A stretch of DNA of 63,118 bases, filler included. It is 6 parts of 6 records of this genome, joined end to end, with 100 filler letters (N's around TTAATTAATTAA, not from the genome) between each part and the next. Parts side by side here need not be neighbours in the genome. Positions count along the whole stretch, not along the records: positions 24,907 to 45,889 come from SRR31156797_11550; positions 45,990 to 55,011 come from SRR31156797_11577; positions 55,112 to 63,118 come from SRR31156797_11581; 3 more parts are not named here. One strand, written 5' to 3'. This document shows positions 44,162 to 55,112 of this stretch, piece by piece. A program made the translations under genes and the position numbers. How positions within the stretch are numbered: position 1 is the first letter of the stretch; every line of letters begins with the position of its first letter. The notes under the pieces are model-generated. The model made no database searches. It saw only the letters and a program-made list of their open reading frames with translations, and was not told the DNA's origin.

Positions 44162-45031
44162 ATGAACGGGATTGGCGCTAAATTCATTCTTGCAGACAGG
44201 TTTACCTTTGACTCTGTAAGCAATTCTCTTATTGATAAAAATTTTGACGACGAATTTGTTCGCCTAGGTAGTAATGAAAGTAGAATTCTGCTGATGTTGT
44301 CGCTGCGTCCTAATGAAGTAATTACTCGCGATGAGCTGTATGACTTTGTATGGAGAGAGCAAGGCTTTGAAGTTGATGACTCAAGCTTGACCCAAGCAAT
44401 CTCAACTTTGAGAAAACAACTAAAGGATTCCACAAAATCTCCACAGTTCATCAAAACGGTGCCCAAACGAGGTTACCAATTTATCGCTAAGGTTTCTTCA
44501 CCTAACGAGGATCAGCAACCGTCAGAAGATAGTGACAACCATGAACTGAACGATCATGAGGTCATGGTAGGAGAAGTGGTAACGGAACCTGAATACACTG
44601 CAACTTCAGAGCCGGAATCTCTACCTGTGGTCGCTGAGAGTAAACCGGTTAAACGCCCAATCGATATGGTGAGCAAAGTTTTGTTCCTCATTGCTATTCT
44701 GCTACCAATTATTGCCGTGATGTACACCAATCCAACTCAATCAGAATTTCGCCAGCTTGCCAATTATGATGGTGTGGTTGTAAACACGCCTCTCAATCAT
44801 CCAGACCTGACAGAGTGGCTGCCGTCGATCGAAATGTGTATTAACCGATACAAAAACAAATTCAAAGATGACAATTCACTGGAAAAGGTTATCGCTACTG
44901 GCGGTCAGAATGATGTATTGATATTGAACTACATCCATAATCCACAAAATTCGTCAGCCAACATCACATTGAAAATCATTGCTAATCAGGAAGAGATTAA
45001 TCAAGTATGTCAAAGAGGCTCGTCATCATGA
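44162..45031 (+). CDS. toxR: Transmembrane transcription activator ToxR
   Basis: Winged HTH VRLGSNESRIL...VDDSSLTQAISTLRK...TVPKRGYQ, one TM helix and a periplasmic domain with two Cys; divergent from htpG. Confidence 0.95.
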   Translation: MNGIGAKFILADRFTFDSVSNSLIDKNFDDEFVRLGSNESRILLMLSLRPNEVITRDELYDFVWREQGFEVDDSSLTQAISTLRKQLKDSTKSPQFIKTVPKRGYQFIAKVSSPNEDQQPSEDSDNHELNDHEVMVGEVVTEPEYTATSEPESLPVVAESKPVKRPIDMVSKVLFLIAILLPIIAVMYTNPTQSEFRQLANYDGVVVNTPLNHPDLTEWLPSIEMCINRYKNKFKDDNSLEKVIATGGQNDVLILNYIHNPQNSSANITLKIIANQEEINQVCQRGSSS

Positions 45032-45540
45032 GAAAGATCGCTATTTTGACAGTAGTTACTTCAGTCATTTTCAGTAGCTGGCTCTACTGGGGAAGTGACT
45101 TAAAATTGGAGCAAGAGATTGCGTCTCATGAATGGCAATCCAAAACAATCACAATGCTTGAGAATACTGATTCACATCAGTCTATTGGTCCACTACGGAA
45201 AGTCGATATTACTTCCAATGTGAAGTACTTACCTAATAGTACTTACTTACGTGTATCTCGAATCGTGTTGTATACCAATGAACACAATACGCAAAATGTC
45301 ATCAACATGTCGGAAACAGGGAACTGGGAAATTAGCGATAACTATCTGCTCGTTTCACCAACGCAGTTTAAGAACATTTCGCAAAGTCAGAATACCGAGT
45401 TTACTCAGGAAGAGTTGGACCTTATTACCAAGTTCTTTGAGATGGAAGCAGAGCAAAGCCGAAGAATTGATATTGTGAACAACAATACTTTGTTACTCAC
45501 CAGCTTAAATCACGGCTCAACGGTATTGTTTAGTAATTGA
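45028..45540 (+). CDS. toxS: ToxR partner ToxS
   Basis: WLYWGSDLKLEQ...EWQS, SNVKYLPN, EQSRRIDIVN; ATGA overlap with toxR. Confidence 0.93.
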   Translation: MRKIAILTVVTSVIFSSWLYWGSDLKLEQEIASHEWQSKTITMLENTDSHQSIGPLRKVDITSNVKYLPNSTYLRVSRIVLYTNEHNTQNVINMSETGNWEISDNYLLVSPTQFKNISQSQNTEFTQEELDLITKFFEMEAEQSRRIDIVNNNTLLLTSLNHGSTVLFSN

Positions 45541-45548
45541 GGTACCGA

Positions 45549-45827
45549 ATGGATAAGGCAAAAATCGACATTTTCTACTGCCGTCAATGCAATTGGATGT
45601 TAAGAGCGACATGGATAAGTCAGGAGTTACTGCATACTTTTAGCGAAGAACTTGAAACTGTATCGCTCCACCCTGATACAGGCGGCCGCTACGAAATCTT
45701 CTGTAATGGTATTCAAATTTGGGAGCGTAAAAAAGACCAAGGGTTTCCTGAAGCCAAAGTACTAAAACAGAGAGTGCGGGACATTATTGCCCCAGATAGA
45801 GACTTAGGTCATTCTGATCACAAATAG
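45549..45827 (+). CDS. SelT/SelW/SelH (Rdx) family protein
   Basis: YCRQCNWMLRA (CxxC), GGRYEI, GFPEAKVLKQRVRD. Confidence 0.9.
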   Translation: MDKAKIDIFYCRQCNWMLRATWISQELLHTFSEELETVSLHPDTGGRYEIFCNGIQIWERKKDQGFPEAKVLKQRVRDIIAPDRDLGHSDHK

Positions 45828-45829
45828 AC

Positions 45830-45854
45830 AAAGAGCTCATTAAGAGCTCTTTTT
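45830..45854 (+). terminator. Rho-independent terminator
   Basis: AAAGAGCTC-attaa-GAGCTCTTTTT. Confidence 0.75.
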
Positions 45855-45889
45855 ATTGCTAGAGCCTGTTTATCTTTTGAGGTTAAATT

Positions 45890-45989
45890 NNNNNNNNNNN
45901 NNNNNNNNNNNNNNNNNNNNNNNNNNNNNNNNNTTAATTAATTAANNNNNNNNNNNNNNNNNNNNNNNNNNNNNNNNNNNNNNNNNNNN
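45890..45989. other. Artificial contig spacer
   Basis: N44-TTAATTAATTAA-N44. Confidence 0.98.
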
Positions 45990-46260
45990 ACTGTTTGATC
46001 CCTAGATAAACAAGATAAGTGGCTCCGGCCCAACGAAGGAGTTCAAATGCTTCTATAGTAGCATTTAACAATGAGGTTATCCCGATAGCGGCAACAATAA
46101 GCTGAACTGCTATGCCCGTTGTCACTCCAGCAACAGTAGAAAGAGTATTTATCCAACCATGGGCAATACTATGGGCAACTGTCAAAAGCACGCTCGGTCC
46201 GGGTAATGCGATCATTATTGTAGTGGCAACAATAAATGTTAGATATACATGCGATTCCAT
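45990..46260 (-). CDS. LysE/RhtB-family translocator, 3'-truncated
   Basis: LPGPSVLL...G and LRWAGATYLVYLGI. Confidence 0.88.
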
Positions 46261-46822
46261 ATCGAATGACTCCTGTTAGTTGATATCTATAATTGTTCGT
46301 TGAAGTATAATAGGTTGCCTTGTCCTGTTCTTGTACAAAATTGACTTTGTGCGAACAGCACACTAGGTAAATGTCTGAATTCTTTGACTATTCAATATAA
46401 AAACAAAAATATAAATGATCAGTATCTAATACATCTGCCTGCCACGTAATATCCTGCCTTCACAGTTTTAACTTTTAAGCACGTTTGAATGTTTAACCTT
46501 GCCAGCACTAGCCTTTCCCCGTGAGATCACGTGACCAATACAATATTCGAAGTAGCCGTCTACCAGCTTTCCATTCTCATATACCTAAAAGATATCCATT
46601 GGTTGTCATATTCCTTTCTTTGATAATTTTCTGATTCTTTTAATCTTCGTCAATTTTTCAATAAGACACACCGCATATGTGTCGATCTGGGTAAGTAAGG
46701 GTTGGTTAGATTAAAGGCTGACGATTATTTGTTATTTTAGGAAAATATCATGTTTTCGTTAGGGGACAGCGTTAATATTGACTTTGACCTATTCTCGAGT
46801 TAATGGGGACGATCGCTGAATC

Positions 46823-48532
46823 ATGAATTATTCTCAGAAAAATCAAAAATATTATGGGGCAGTAACAGTGAATTTTACAATCAGAAAGAAATTACTCTTA
46901 ATTGGGCTGATTTTTATAATTGGTATTGGTTCAATTGAAGTGTTTTCAACCTACGTAGATCGTTCTGTGAATAAAGGAATTGATCTTGTCAGATTACGGC
47001 AGAGTCAAGTCGTCCAACTTAAAGATTTCGAACTGACGGTAACAGAGTTCACACTAGCTGCTATGGATGCCATAGTTGATAAAGAGAGTGGAACGATTGC
47101 CCCCGAGTTGAGATCTGAGATGAACGATGCAAGTGACAACGCTCGCTCACTCTTACCTTTAATTGAGCAATTAGCCGACACAGAAGAGGAGAAAAGGCTG
47201 GCACGACAAATAGTAGATCTATATCCGAAGCTGGAAGGTGCAGTCTTAAACGACTTAACATCATTAATTAAATCAAAGGCCCCTGATAGTGACTACGCAA
47301 GGATGGACGACCTTATTGATGGCAACGCGAGCCAAATACTCAATATGGTACAGAATGTTATTCATTCTGTTGAAGAGGAAAATGCCGAGGCAATTGAAGG
47401 AATGCATGAAACCTTAAAAAGGTCGGAGCTACTTAGAAGGTCATTTGCACTAGCTATCCTGGCGCTATTAAGTGCAACTCTGTTCATCTTGGGGCGCGGT
47501 ATCATTGTACCAGTTTTAGCAGCTAGAGATATGATCCAAGATATTGCTGAAGGTGAAGGCGATTTGACCAAAAGACTTGAGCAAAGAGGTGATGAAATTG
47601 GCGAGTTGTCAGGTTGGTTTAATGTTTTTGTGGAAAAGTTGCATAAGATAATAAACCAGGTTCAAACTAATCTCAGCACATTAAATTCATCAGCTGAAAA
47701 TCTTTCTGGCTTGTCAAGCAGTCTTGCCTCTAGCGCAGAAGGTGCCTCCAGCAGGTCTTCAAGTGTAGCGGCCGCTGCCGAACAAATGAGTTCTAACATG
47801 ACAGCTGTAGCTGCAGCTTCAGAGCAAGCATCTGTAAATGTAAATATGGTTGCTTCTGCTACTGAAGAGATGAGTGCGACTGTCAACGAAATTGCAAACA
47901 ACACTGCTAAAGCAAGACAGGTTACCACTCAGGCGGTGACGAGAACTACTGCAGCAACCGAGAGAATGGATGAACTGGGAGGTGCTGCGACAGAGATCGG
48001 AAGGGTAACTGAGACCATCACAGAGATTTCAGAACAAACAAATCTTCTTGCTCTAAACGCAACAATTGAAGCTGCAAGGGCTGGTGAGGCCGGTAAAGGC
48101 TTTGCGGTCGTTGCAAACGAAATTAAGGAGCTCGCTAAGCAGACTGCAGAGGCAACTCTTGAGATACGTGAAAGGATAGCAGCCATACAAACATCAACGA
48201 ATCAAACTGTTTCAGAGATGAGCGAAATCAATATGGTCATTAATGATGTCAACGATATTGTCTCAACAATAGCCACTTCTGTTGAAGAGCAGTCAGCTAC
48301 AACCAACGAGATAGCTACAAACGTCTCTCAAGCTGCCGTTGGCATCTCAGAGGTCAACGAGAACGTCTCTCAAAGCTCCACTGTTTCCAGTGAGATAGCT
48401 GAAGAGATAAGCGAAGTGAGTGATCTCGCCGACTCCTTGAAAACAGGTGGAGGCAATTTAGACAAGCAGTCAAATGATCTCTTAACTCTTTCTAGTGAAC
48501 TAGGTGGTATTGTTAACCAGTTTAAATTGTAG
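46823..48532 (+). CDS. Methyl-accepting chemotaxis protein
   Basis: Two TM helices, HAMP (GEGDLTKRL...DEIGEL), signalling core [37 protein letters not shown]; the start may instead be GTG 46868. Confidence 0.95.
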   Translation: MNYSQKNQKYYGAVTVNFTIRKKLLLIGLIFIIGIGSIEVFSTYVDRSVNKGIDLVRLRQSQVVQLKDFELTVTEFTLAAMDAIVDKESGTIAPELRSEMNDASDNARSLLPLIEQLADTEEEKRLARQIVDLYPKLEGAVLNDLTSLIKSKAPDSDYARMDDLIDGNASQILNMVQNVIHSVEEENAEAIEGMHETLKRSELLRRSFALAILALLSATLFILGRGIIVPVLAARDMIQDIAEGEGDLTKRLEQRGDEIGELSGWFNVFVEKLHKIINQVQTNLSTLNSSAENLSGLSSSLASSAEGASSRSSSVAAAAEQMSSNMTAVAAASEQASVNVNMVASATEEMSATVNEIANNTAKARQVTTQAVTRTTAATERMDELGGAATEIGRVTETITEISEQTNLLALNATIEAARAGEAGKGFAVVANEIKELAKQTAEATLEIRERIAAIQTSTNQTVSEMSEINMVINDVNDIVSTIATSVEEQSATTNEIATNVSQAAVGISEVNENVSQSSTVSSEIAEEISEVSDLADSLKTGGGNLDKQSNDLLTLSSELGGIVNQFKL

Positions 48533-48602
48533 ATGATTGGCGTTTTTAATAAACACCCAGCCCTATGTTTTTTTGTTATGATCTTATTACAGGTGGTTAG
48601 GC

Positions 48603-50798
48603 TTGATTCATAAATTTATCCGACAACACCTGCCGGTATTTTGGATTGTACTTTTCACGATAATCGTTGTCGGTTCCCTGATAGGGTTACTCATGCAAGG
48701 AAGAGGAGTGCATAAGCGTTCTGTTCCTCTGTTGTACGCAACTCACCAAATAAAGATAGAGGTAACACTTGCTCACCTCTGGTTAGAGGAAATGCTGGCT
48801 GGGGACAGAGAGGAAGATATAGAATCGGTTAGAAACCATTTTAGCAAAGCCAATTGGTTTTTGAAGGTAATTGAAATTGGTGGGGAGGATGAAAGTTATA
48901 CTTACCTTCCCACCAAGTCTGAACGTGTTCTCGCCCTTACCCAAAAAGTGATAAGCAAACTAGAGCCTTTTATTCTCCTTGCAGAGCGTAGATATAATGA
49001 AACTCAAAACACTATTGCAGGATCATTGATTGATCAGCAGTTTGATCGTCAGTTTTTTATTCTTTCTGAGCTTATTGAATCTTTATCTCATGTTATCCAT
49101 AATGAACTATCTCAAAAATTACAAGAGGTTGAAAATGTCCAGGTCCTTCTTGTTATTCTAATAACTATCCTTGCTGTCCTATTATGTTTTACAATGTATC
49201 GTTTCCAGCGTAAGCAGGTTCGTCATGAGAAAGAGCTGCTTAATAATCAACAGTTACTGGAAATGTTCTTCAATGCCATTGACGATGGCATCATGATACA
49301 TCCGTTAAAAGCGAAAGGGTTTTCTCCTTTCACCTATGTCAATGATACAGCTGCTAAACGACTAGGGTACTCCAGGGAAGAGCTGTTACAGCTCACGGCT
49401 GGCGATATAACTATTGCTGAGGACAGTGCTAAACATGGTGATCCAGACAGTCGAGTCCAGTTATTAAATAAAAAACACTTTATATTAGAGTCAGTTCATA
49501 TTACCAAAAAAGGTGAACGCATTCCCGTTGAAATAAACGCTAATATACTTGAAGTTGAAGGAGAGGAACCGCTTATCCTCTCGGTTGTCCGCGATATAAC
49601 TGAACGTAAAAAAGCAGCCGATGCTCACAAGGAAATGGAGTTTCAGCTTCAACAAGCTCAGAAAATGGAATCGGTTGGCAGGTTAGCAGGTGGTGTCGCT
49701 CATGATTTTAATAATATCTTGAGTGTGATTCTCGGGTATGCAGAGCTTAGCCTTAAAGAAATGAACCAAGAAGGCGAGACAAAATACCTCAAGAGCATTG
49801 AAAATATACTTTCTTCTGGCAAGCGGGCGGCTAGATTAACCCAGCAACTTCTCGCTTTCAGTCGGAAACAAATAATCCAGCCGGTCATACTAGATGTAAA
49901 TGAAGAGATTGATGAATTCTGTAAGATGCTAAATCGATTATTAGGCGAGGATATCGAAATTAGCCTCATCCTTGAGAAGGGCACCTGGCCAGTCAAACTT
50001 GATCGTTCACAGTTTGAGCAAGTTCTTTTGAACCTAGCAGTAAACGCTAGAGAAGCAATGCCTAATGGCGGTACATTTACAATTGAAACCGCTAATATCA
50101 CTCTCGATGAACAATATGTCGAACATCATCTCAATGTAGTCCCAGGGGATTATGTAACGCTCTCTATCAGCGATAACGGTATTGGGATGGAAAAAGAGGT
50201 CGTGCAAAAAATATTTGAGCCTTTCTACACCACAAAAGGGGTGGATAAAGGCACAGGGCTTGGTTTATCGACAGTGTATGGTGTGGTAAGACAAAATAAC
50301 GGCAACGTTATGGTGTATAGCGAGCCTGGCAAAGGAACGACTTTTAAACTCTATTTTCAACGATCACGAGAAGAGCCTAGTATCAAAATTAATGCCAGGG
50401 CAAATAATCATACTAGAGAACTGCATGGTACAGAAACGTTATTGCTAGTGGAAGATGACGAGGCGTTACGTGAAATGTTTGCAGAAAACCTCTCTAGAGC
50501 CGGATACACCATTCTGACTGCCAAGAATGGAAAAAATGCACTTAATGTTTTTGAATCATACTATGGAAAGATTAACTTATTGCTTACGGATGTAGTAATG
50601 CCAAAAATGGGAGGCGTTGAACTCGCTAAAAAAATGACTGAACTCGATCCAGAATTAAAAGTACTGTTTATGTCTGGGTACACGGAAAACATTATTGTCA
50701 GGCAAGGAGTTCTAAAGGAAGGTGTTAATTTTTCGCATAAGCCAATAACCCCTGATGCGTTATTGAAAAAGGTGTACTCCCTTCTGCAAACTTCGTAA
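48603..50798 (+). CDS. Hybrid sensor histidine kinase (periplasmic sensor, PAS, HisKA, HATPase, REC)
   Basis: GRLAGGVAHDFNN, NLAVNAREAM, DNGIGM, GTGLGL, LLVEDD, TDVVMP. Confidence 0.93.
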   Translation: MIHKFIRQHLPVFWIVLFTIIVVGSLIGLLMQGRGVHKRSVPLLYATHQIKIEVTLAHLWLEEMLAGDREEDIESVRNHFSKANWFLKVIEIGGEDESYTYLPTKSERVLALTQKVISKLEPFILLAERRYNETQNTIAGSLIDQQFDRQFFILSELIESLSHVIHNELSQKLQEVENVQVLLVILITILAVLLCFTMYRFQRKQVRHEKELLNNQQLLEMFFNAIDDGIMIHPLKAKGFSPFTYVNDTAAKRLGYSREELLQLTAGDITIAEDSAKHGDPDSRVQLLNKKHFILESVHITKKGERIPVEINANILEVEGEEPLILSVVRDITERKKAADAHKEMEFQLQQAQKMESVGRLAGGVAHDFNNILSVILGYAELSLKEMNQEGETKYLKSIENILSSGKRAARLTQQLLAFSRKQIIQPVILDVNEEIDEFCKMLNRLLGEDIEISLILEKGTWPVKLDRSQFEQVLLNLAVNAREAMPNGGTFTIETANITLDEQYVEHHLNVVPGDYVTLSISDNGIGMEKEVVQKIFEPFYTTKGVDKGTGLGLSTVYGVVRQNNGNVMVYSEPGKGTTFKLYFQRSREEPSIKINARANNHTRELHGTETLLLVEDDEALREMFAENLSRAGYTILTAKNGKNALNVFESYYGKINLLLTDVVMPKMGGVELAKKMTELDPELKVLFMSGYTENIIVRQGVLKEGVNFSHKPITPDALLKKVYSLLQTS

Positions 50799-51244
50799 AT
50801 AGCCTGCATTAAAAGCAAGGGGGAGCAAACCCGATATAGACCCAAAAGCAGTGTGATCGTCTATATTGTGCTTGCAAAAATAGCACTAAGTCTGTACTGC
50901 TTCATATTACGCTACTGTCCCTAATATAACTAGACTCAAGGCCAGGAGTGTAATGTTTCTATTGGAATTGTAGAAGTAGTTATCTTTCCACTGTCAATCG
51001 TTACAGGTTCTCTAAATAAGGAGACTTGAGATTTTTCCTGTATCTTTCTGATATCCTGTCCACAATTTATTCAGCCTCAACAGATGGCAGCTTCACAGTT
51101 TGTATACGTAACAACCCACAACAGTTGTTGATTGGGTTAAGATTTAATCTGCTCATCCTGCATATACAATATGTTCAATAACATTCAAAAAGTAAAACCT
51201 AAGTAACAATCCTGCAGAGAACCGGTTTTGGGAACTAGAACTAT

Positions 51245-52156
51245 TTACAACACAATTTCTTCTGTAAATTGAACTTTCCCATTTTCCTGAAATATTCTTA
51301 CAAGGTACAGGTGCATGTCATCCTCACCTAAATTTTTATAATAGACAAACATATTATCATCATTTTCAATGTTGCAGGAAGACAACGAACCGCACCTGAA
51401 ATGGTTAAAACTATGCCCTTTATAAAGGTCTGTGGTTTTCATCAACTCAAGATCATGGGTGTGTCCACAAAAGACGTATTCTATTTTATGTTTATGGACA
51501 AAATCGATCAGCACTGCAGAATTTTTCAATGGACACTCGTCGGTGCCAAGGATGGAATAGTGGGTCAGAAGCAGCAGACGATCGTACTCTATCTTATTGA
51601 TTTCCTCTGAAACAGCTTTCAAAACCTCTTTTTCTACAAATCCATCGTCGTTGTAGAGTTCATTGGAATCTATGCAGATGAGTAGAATCTTTTTACCATT
51701 TACTTCGATCTGTTCGATAGAATTTACATCGGTAAAATTGTCCCTCACCTTGGTTATTTCGCGATTCAGGAAGAGGTGCTTCTTTTTTGTTTTGGTCGAT
51801 TCGGGGATAGTAATTATTTCGGAATTATGGATATATTTGCGGAACAATTCATGGGAACGCAAATTCCTTTTGTCATGATTTCCGATAGTACTTATCACGT
51901 TTTTGCACGTTATAGCCCTTAAGAAGCTCCTGGCGTTTTTGTATTCAGATTTTCGCCCATCTGTTGTGTTGTCACCTGTGTTGATTACGATATCGGCATC
52001 ATAGGAGTTGATCTTCTCCAGCAACATTTGGTCATCTCCCTCCCAATGACGTGGTCCAAAATGCAGGTCTGAAATGTGTAATATATTCATCTGTTTTCCG
52101 TTCGGAGGAGATAAGATAAATGGTTCTGATGGAGAACCATCTGCCTTGATAGGCAC
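51245..52156 (-). CDS. Calcineurin-like metallophosphoesterase
   Basis: HISDLH, TGD, GNHD, THY, GHTH motifs; an alternative start lies at 52090. Confidence 0.9.
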   Translation of the reverse strand: MPIKADGSPSEPFILSPPNGKQMNILHISDLHFGPRHWEGDDQMLLEKINSYDADIVINTGDNTTDGRKSEYKNARSFLRAITCKNVISTIGNHDKRNLRSHELFRKYIHNSEIITIPESTKTKKKHLFLNREITKVRDNFTDVNSIEQIEVNGKKILLICIDSNELYNDDGFVEKEVLKAVSEEINKIEYDRLLLLTHYSILGTDECPLKNSAVLIDFVHKHKIEYVFCGHTHDLELMKTTDLYKGHSFNHFRCGSLSSCNIENDDNMFVYYKNLGEDDMHLYLVRIFQENGKVQFTEEIVL

Positions 52157-53124
52157 TATGTTGCCTCATTCTCGTACTGGCCGCGAGTTATCAATTATCT
52201 GAGGCTTATTTTAATCCTTACTCAGAATAGATTTTGTGTCTTTTTTGCTTTTTGGGGCTGCCTTTTTTCTTTACTCATATCTGTTGCACTTATTGTACTA
52301 CACCAGCTTTAGGTACTCGTTTGCCTACCGGATGAACTAAAAAAAAGTCATTACAGAATAGTTAATTTATTAAGGCGGTTACTGATTACCGTACATTGAT
52401 GAAAGTCATGGTTACGCATTATCAGGCACATAGATGCCAGAAGAATGTTCGCCATTCGATAACCGGATTAATATACCAATGGATAAGAACACATAATTAT
52501 TTTTATCTTATTTAGACTTAATTAAAAAATAGTTTAGCCCTCCTATTTGTAATAAAAAAAATCTTTGATTGATCAAGCATTTAGATTGAAATGGATATTG
52601 GCAATATTAACCAGTTAAACAAAATTATAACTTTAGATACTTCCTGTCAACACTCAGACAGACAGATAGGTCTTCAACTCCATATCTTCACCAAAATATA
52701 GTTCCATATCCTGGGTCATTGGTCGGCTCATCGTCATGCTTTTTGCACAAAAGTAAGTGGTGAGGCGGTATGGCTGGCAGTATTACCGTATCAACGAAAT
52801 AAATGAAAAGAGGAGGAAGGTGCCCCCTCTATCATTTGAAAACGAGCAGAAAGGTAGGGGCTGCAGGAGCAGTTTAATGTTTTGCAAGAAATGCTGGTAA
52901 GGTTAAGTCACACCGCAAAAGGCCTATTTATTAGCGTTTTCGGCACTAAAGTCAGGTTCAATTTACCTGCATCATGAGTTATTCCCTAAATGGACAGGAA
53001 ACATCTTTCGTTTGAGTAAGTGACAAGACTTATTACCTTCGTTGTGGCAATGTTAAAACCAGTGTTCAGATGCTGAGATTACGTGATCAGGAAAAATCTT
53101 CCATCAAGATCCACGGGATTCACT

Positions 53125-53156
53125 GAAGCTCTCCGGTGAACTTACCGTTGAGCTTC
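53125..53156 (-). terminator. Hairpin downstream of the orphan gene cluster
   Basis: GAAGCTC..CGGT..ACCG..GAGCTTC inverted repeat about 10 nt past the stop at 53166; no clear U-tract. Confidence 0.4.
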
Positions 53157-53165
53157 CGGAACCGA

Positions 53166-53903
53166 TTAGGCTAAAGGTTTACCGGCGGCAGTTATAGACA
53201 AGCTACCATTCGTCGAGAAGTTAAGGGAAATGGTATCCGAAGGGTGATTGTCTGAGAATAAATAGCTGTATTTTGCAACAACTGCCTCGACCTCGGCTTG
53301 TGTTGTGGCGGCAGCGTATTCTTGGTGAAATGGATAGCTTTTATTAATCTCGGCCAAGTGCGAGGAGAGTGCGTTAACGCTTCTTAGTTCTTTTTCCATT
53401 GCAGGGTTGTTTGACAACGCCTCATTGAACTCAGCGGCATAGGCGTAATCTGCAGGTAACTGAATCTGACCTCTGTTGTCATAACTGATACTTGAAGGTG
53501 CTGCGGGGATGTTGTTCTCTGCGAGGAACTTTGGGACAGTCATAGATAGATGATTGACTAGAGCGTTGACATTCTTCTGGTTCGGTATCAGTAGTGGAAG
53601 CGATTGTAACGAAAATTCTCCGTTTTTTGTGTTTGTGGCAGGCGAGAAATAAGCGTCTATATCAAGGTTCATTGAGCCTTGATCGGTGTCAAAAAGGGCA
53701 ATAGATTTGCTCTCCGAAGGTTTCGTACAAGTCGATTGACAGGCTAGAAGGTCACGAGAAGACTGGGAAATCGTAACTGTGTCGGTAGAGTTTACCGATA
53801 CTGGAGAAAAGGTTGCCACTGCGTGTGTAGAAGTTTGTCGTCGCTGAATTGTATTTGGGAGTAACGACTCGGCTGTATAGCTACCGGAGGGTGGTGTGAT
53901 CAT
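53166..53903 (-). CDS. Hypothetical protein
   Basis: 245-aa ORF with AGGAG ribosome-binding site; Ser/Thr-rich N-terminus containing DTVTIS. Confidence 0.8.
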   Translation of the reverse strand: MITPPSGSYTAESLLPNTIQRRQTSTHAVATFSPVSVNSTDTVTISQSSRDLLACQSTCTKPSESKSIALFDTDQGSMNLDIDAYFSPATNTKNGEFSLQSLPLLIPNQKNVNALVNHLSMTVPKFLAENNIPAAPSSISYDNRGQIQLPADYAYAAEFNEALSNNPAMEKELRSVNALSSHLAEINKSYPFHQEYAAATTQAEVEAVVAKYSYLFSDNHPSDTISLNFSTNGSLSITAAGKPLA

Positions 53904-53974
53904 AAAAATTCTCCTGAGTTGAGAAGTTGTATGTTACTCATTATCTACTCTTTTTATTTTCCTTTCACTAGACG

Positions 53975-54541
53975 TTACACCTGAATATCAATAACATCAG
54001 ACGTGTATTTCAATGTCATCTCGTAGCCTGAAGGGTTGTCAGCGCTCATGGAAAATAGCTGACCGTCCCATCCTCTGCCTGTTTTGAATAATTCAGACTG
54101 AGAGTCGTACAGGCTGAAAATATCTTCTAGTATTTCCTGTGGTTTTTTCCAGGATGCCCGACCTTCTGAAATTATGTCTGTAGTTTGGTTTTGTACTTGC
54201 TTGAACTCTTGATTGAAGAGTTCGTTGATACGATCCATTCGGCGTATTGCTGTCGTATCCATTTTTCCTTCAAAGAATTCTGGGCTAACAGCAAATAAAA
54301 CACCCCCGCAGTCTGGCCTTGAATAATTCCTTAGCAGTTCCTCGGCCGCCTCATCGTTTCCTGCAACCTTGTCGATCTGGTTTCGCATTGAATCTCTTCG
54401 CGACTGCACCTTAGAATTATCCGTTCCCTGATTAGCCGTAAATTCTTGGGGTGAAATTCCTCCTTGTTCTATTGCTTGAGAGGTATAGATCTTTGAAGCT
54501 GAATACGCTTGAATTTGAGACCTGATAGATGAGATAACCAT
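53975..54541 (-). CDS. Hypothetical protein
   Basis: 188-aa ORF with GAGGAG ribosome-binding site; ends in VIDIQV. Confidence 0.8.
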   Translation of the reverse strand: MVISSIRSQIQAYSASKIYTSQAIEQGGISPQEFTANQGTDNSKVQSRRDSMRNQIDKVAGNDEAAEELLRNYSRPDCGGVLFAVSPEFFEGKMDTTAIRRMDRINELFNQEFKQVQNQTTDIISEGRASWKKPQEILEDIFSLYDSQSELFKTGRGWDGQLFSMSADNPSGYEMTLKYTSDVIDIQV

Positions 54542-54598
54542 TAGGCTCCTCGTTGGTTAGGTTGGGTAATGGTCATATTGTAGTTCCAGTACTATCGT

Positions 54599-55009
54599 TT
54601 ACAGATTAACTTCAAGCAAATCCATTAACTCCAACATTCTCGCATCACCGCCTAAACTCTCCTTTACATCTTGATGGACTTGCTCGCTGATTTCTGGATT
54701 CGCGTTCAGATTTCGATAGCAAGACATCCCAGGTTCAATGCCGTTTTTCTCGCAAGCTTCATTGAAATATGTATTGAGTTGATTTTGATATTCAGAAATT
54801 TCCTTGCTGTTTTTTGTACGAAAGCTGTCCTTTGCTAAATATTCACGACGCATGACGTCAGGTTCACTTTGCCATCGTTCTAGGTCTGATTCAGCGGTTA
54901 AATCAATAGCTTCTGGCTCGTAGCCCCCTAACCAAGAAGGCAAAGCTAATGATTTCAACTCAGGAGGAAGGTCGTTATTAGGTATCCGCTTACTAAACCC
55001 CTGTTGGAG
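54599..55009 (-). CDS. Hypothetical protein, 5'-truncated
   Basis: Frame is open from the contig edge (LQQGFSKRIPNNDLPPELKSLALPSW...). Confidence 0.65.
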   Translation of the reverse strand, partial: LQQGFSKRIPNNDLPPELKSLALPSWLGGYEPEAIDLTAESDLERWQSEPDVMRREYLAKDSFRTKNSKEISEYQNQLNTYFNEACEKNGIEPGMSCYRNLNANPEISEQVHQDVKESLGGDARMLELMDLLEVNL

Positions 55010-55011
55010 TA

Positions 55012-55111
55012 NNNNNNNNNNNNNNNNNNNNNNNNNNNNNNNNNNNNNNNNNNNNTTAATTAATTAANNNNNNNNNNNNNNNNNNNNNNNNNNNNNNNNN
55101 NNNNNNNNNNN
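55012..55111. other. Artificial contig spacer
   Basis: N44-TTAATTAATTAA-N44. Confidence 0.98.
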
Positions 55112-55112
55112 G

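Noticed and set aside
45549-45827. Possible selenoprotein (SelW family)
   Set aside because: The motif is CRQC with ordinary Cys codons; there is no in-frame TGA
53904-54598. Sigma-28 promoters upstream of the orphan genes
   Set aside because: Only weak partial matches to TAAA-N15-GCCGATAA
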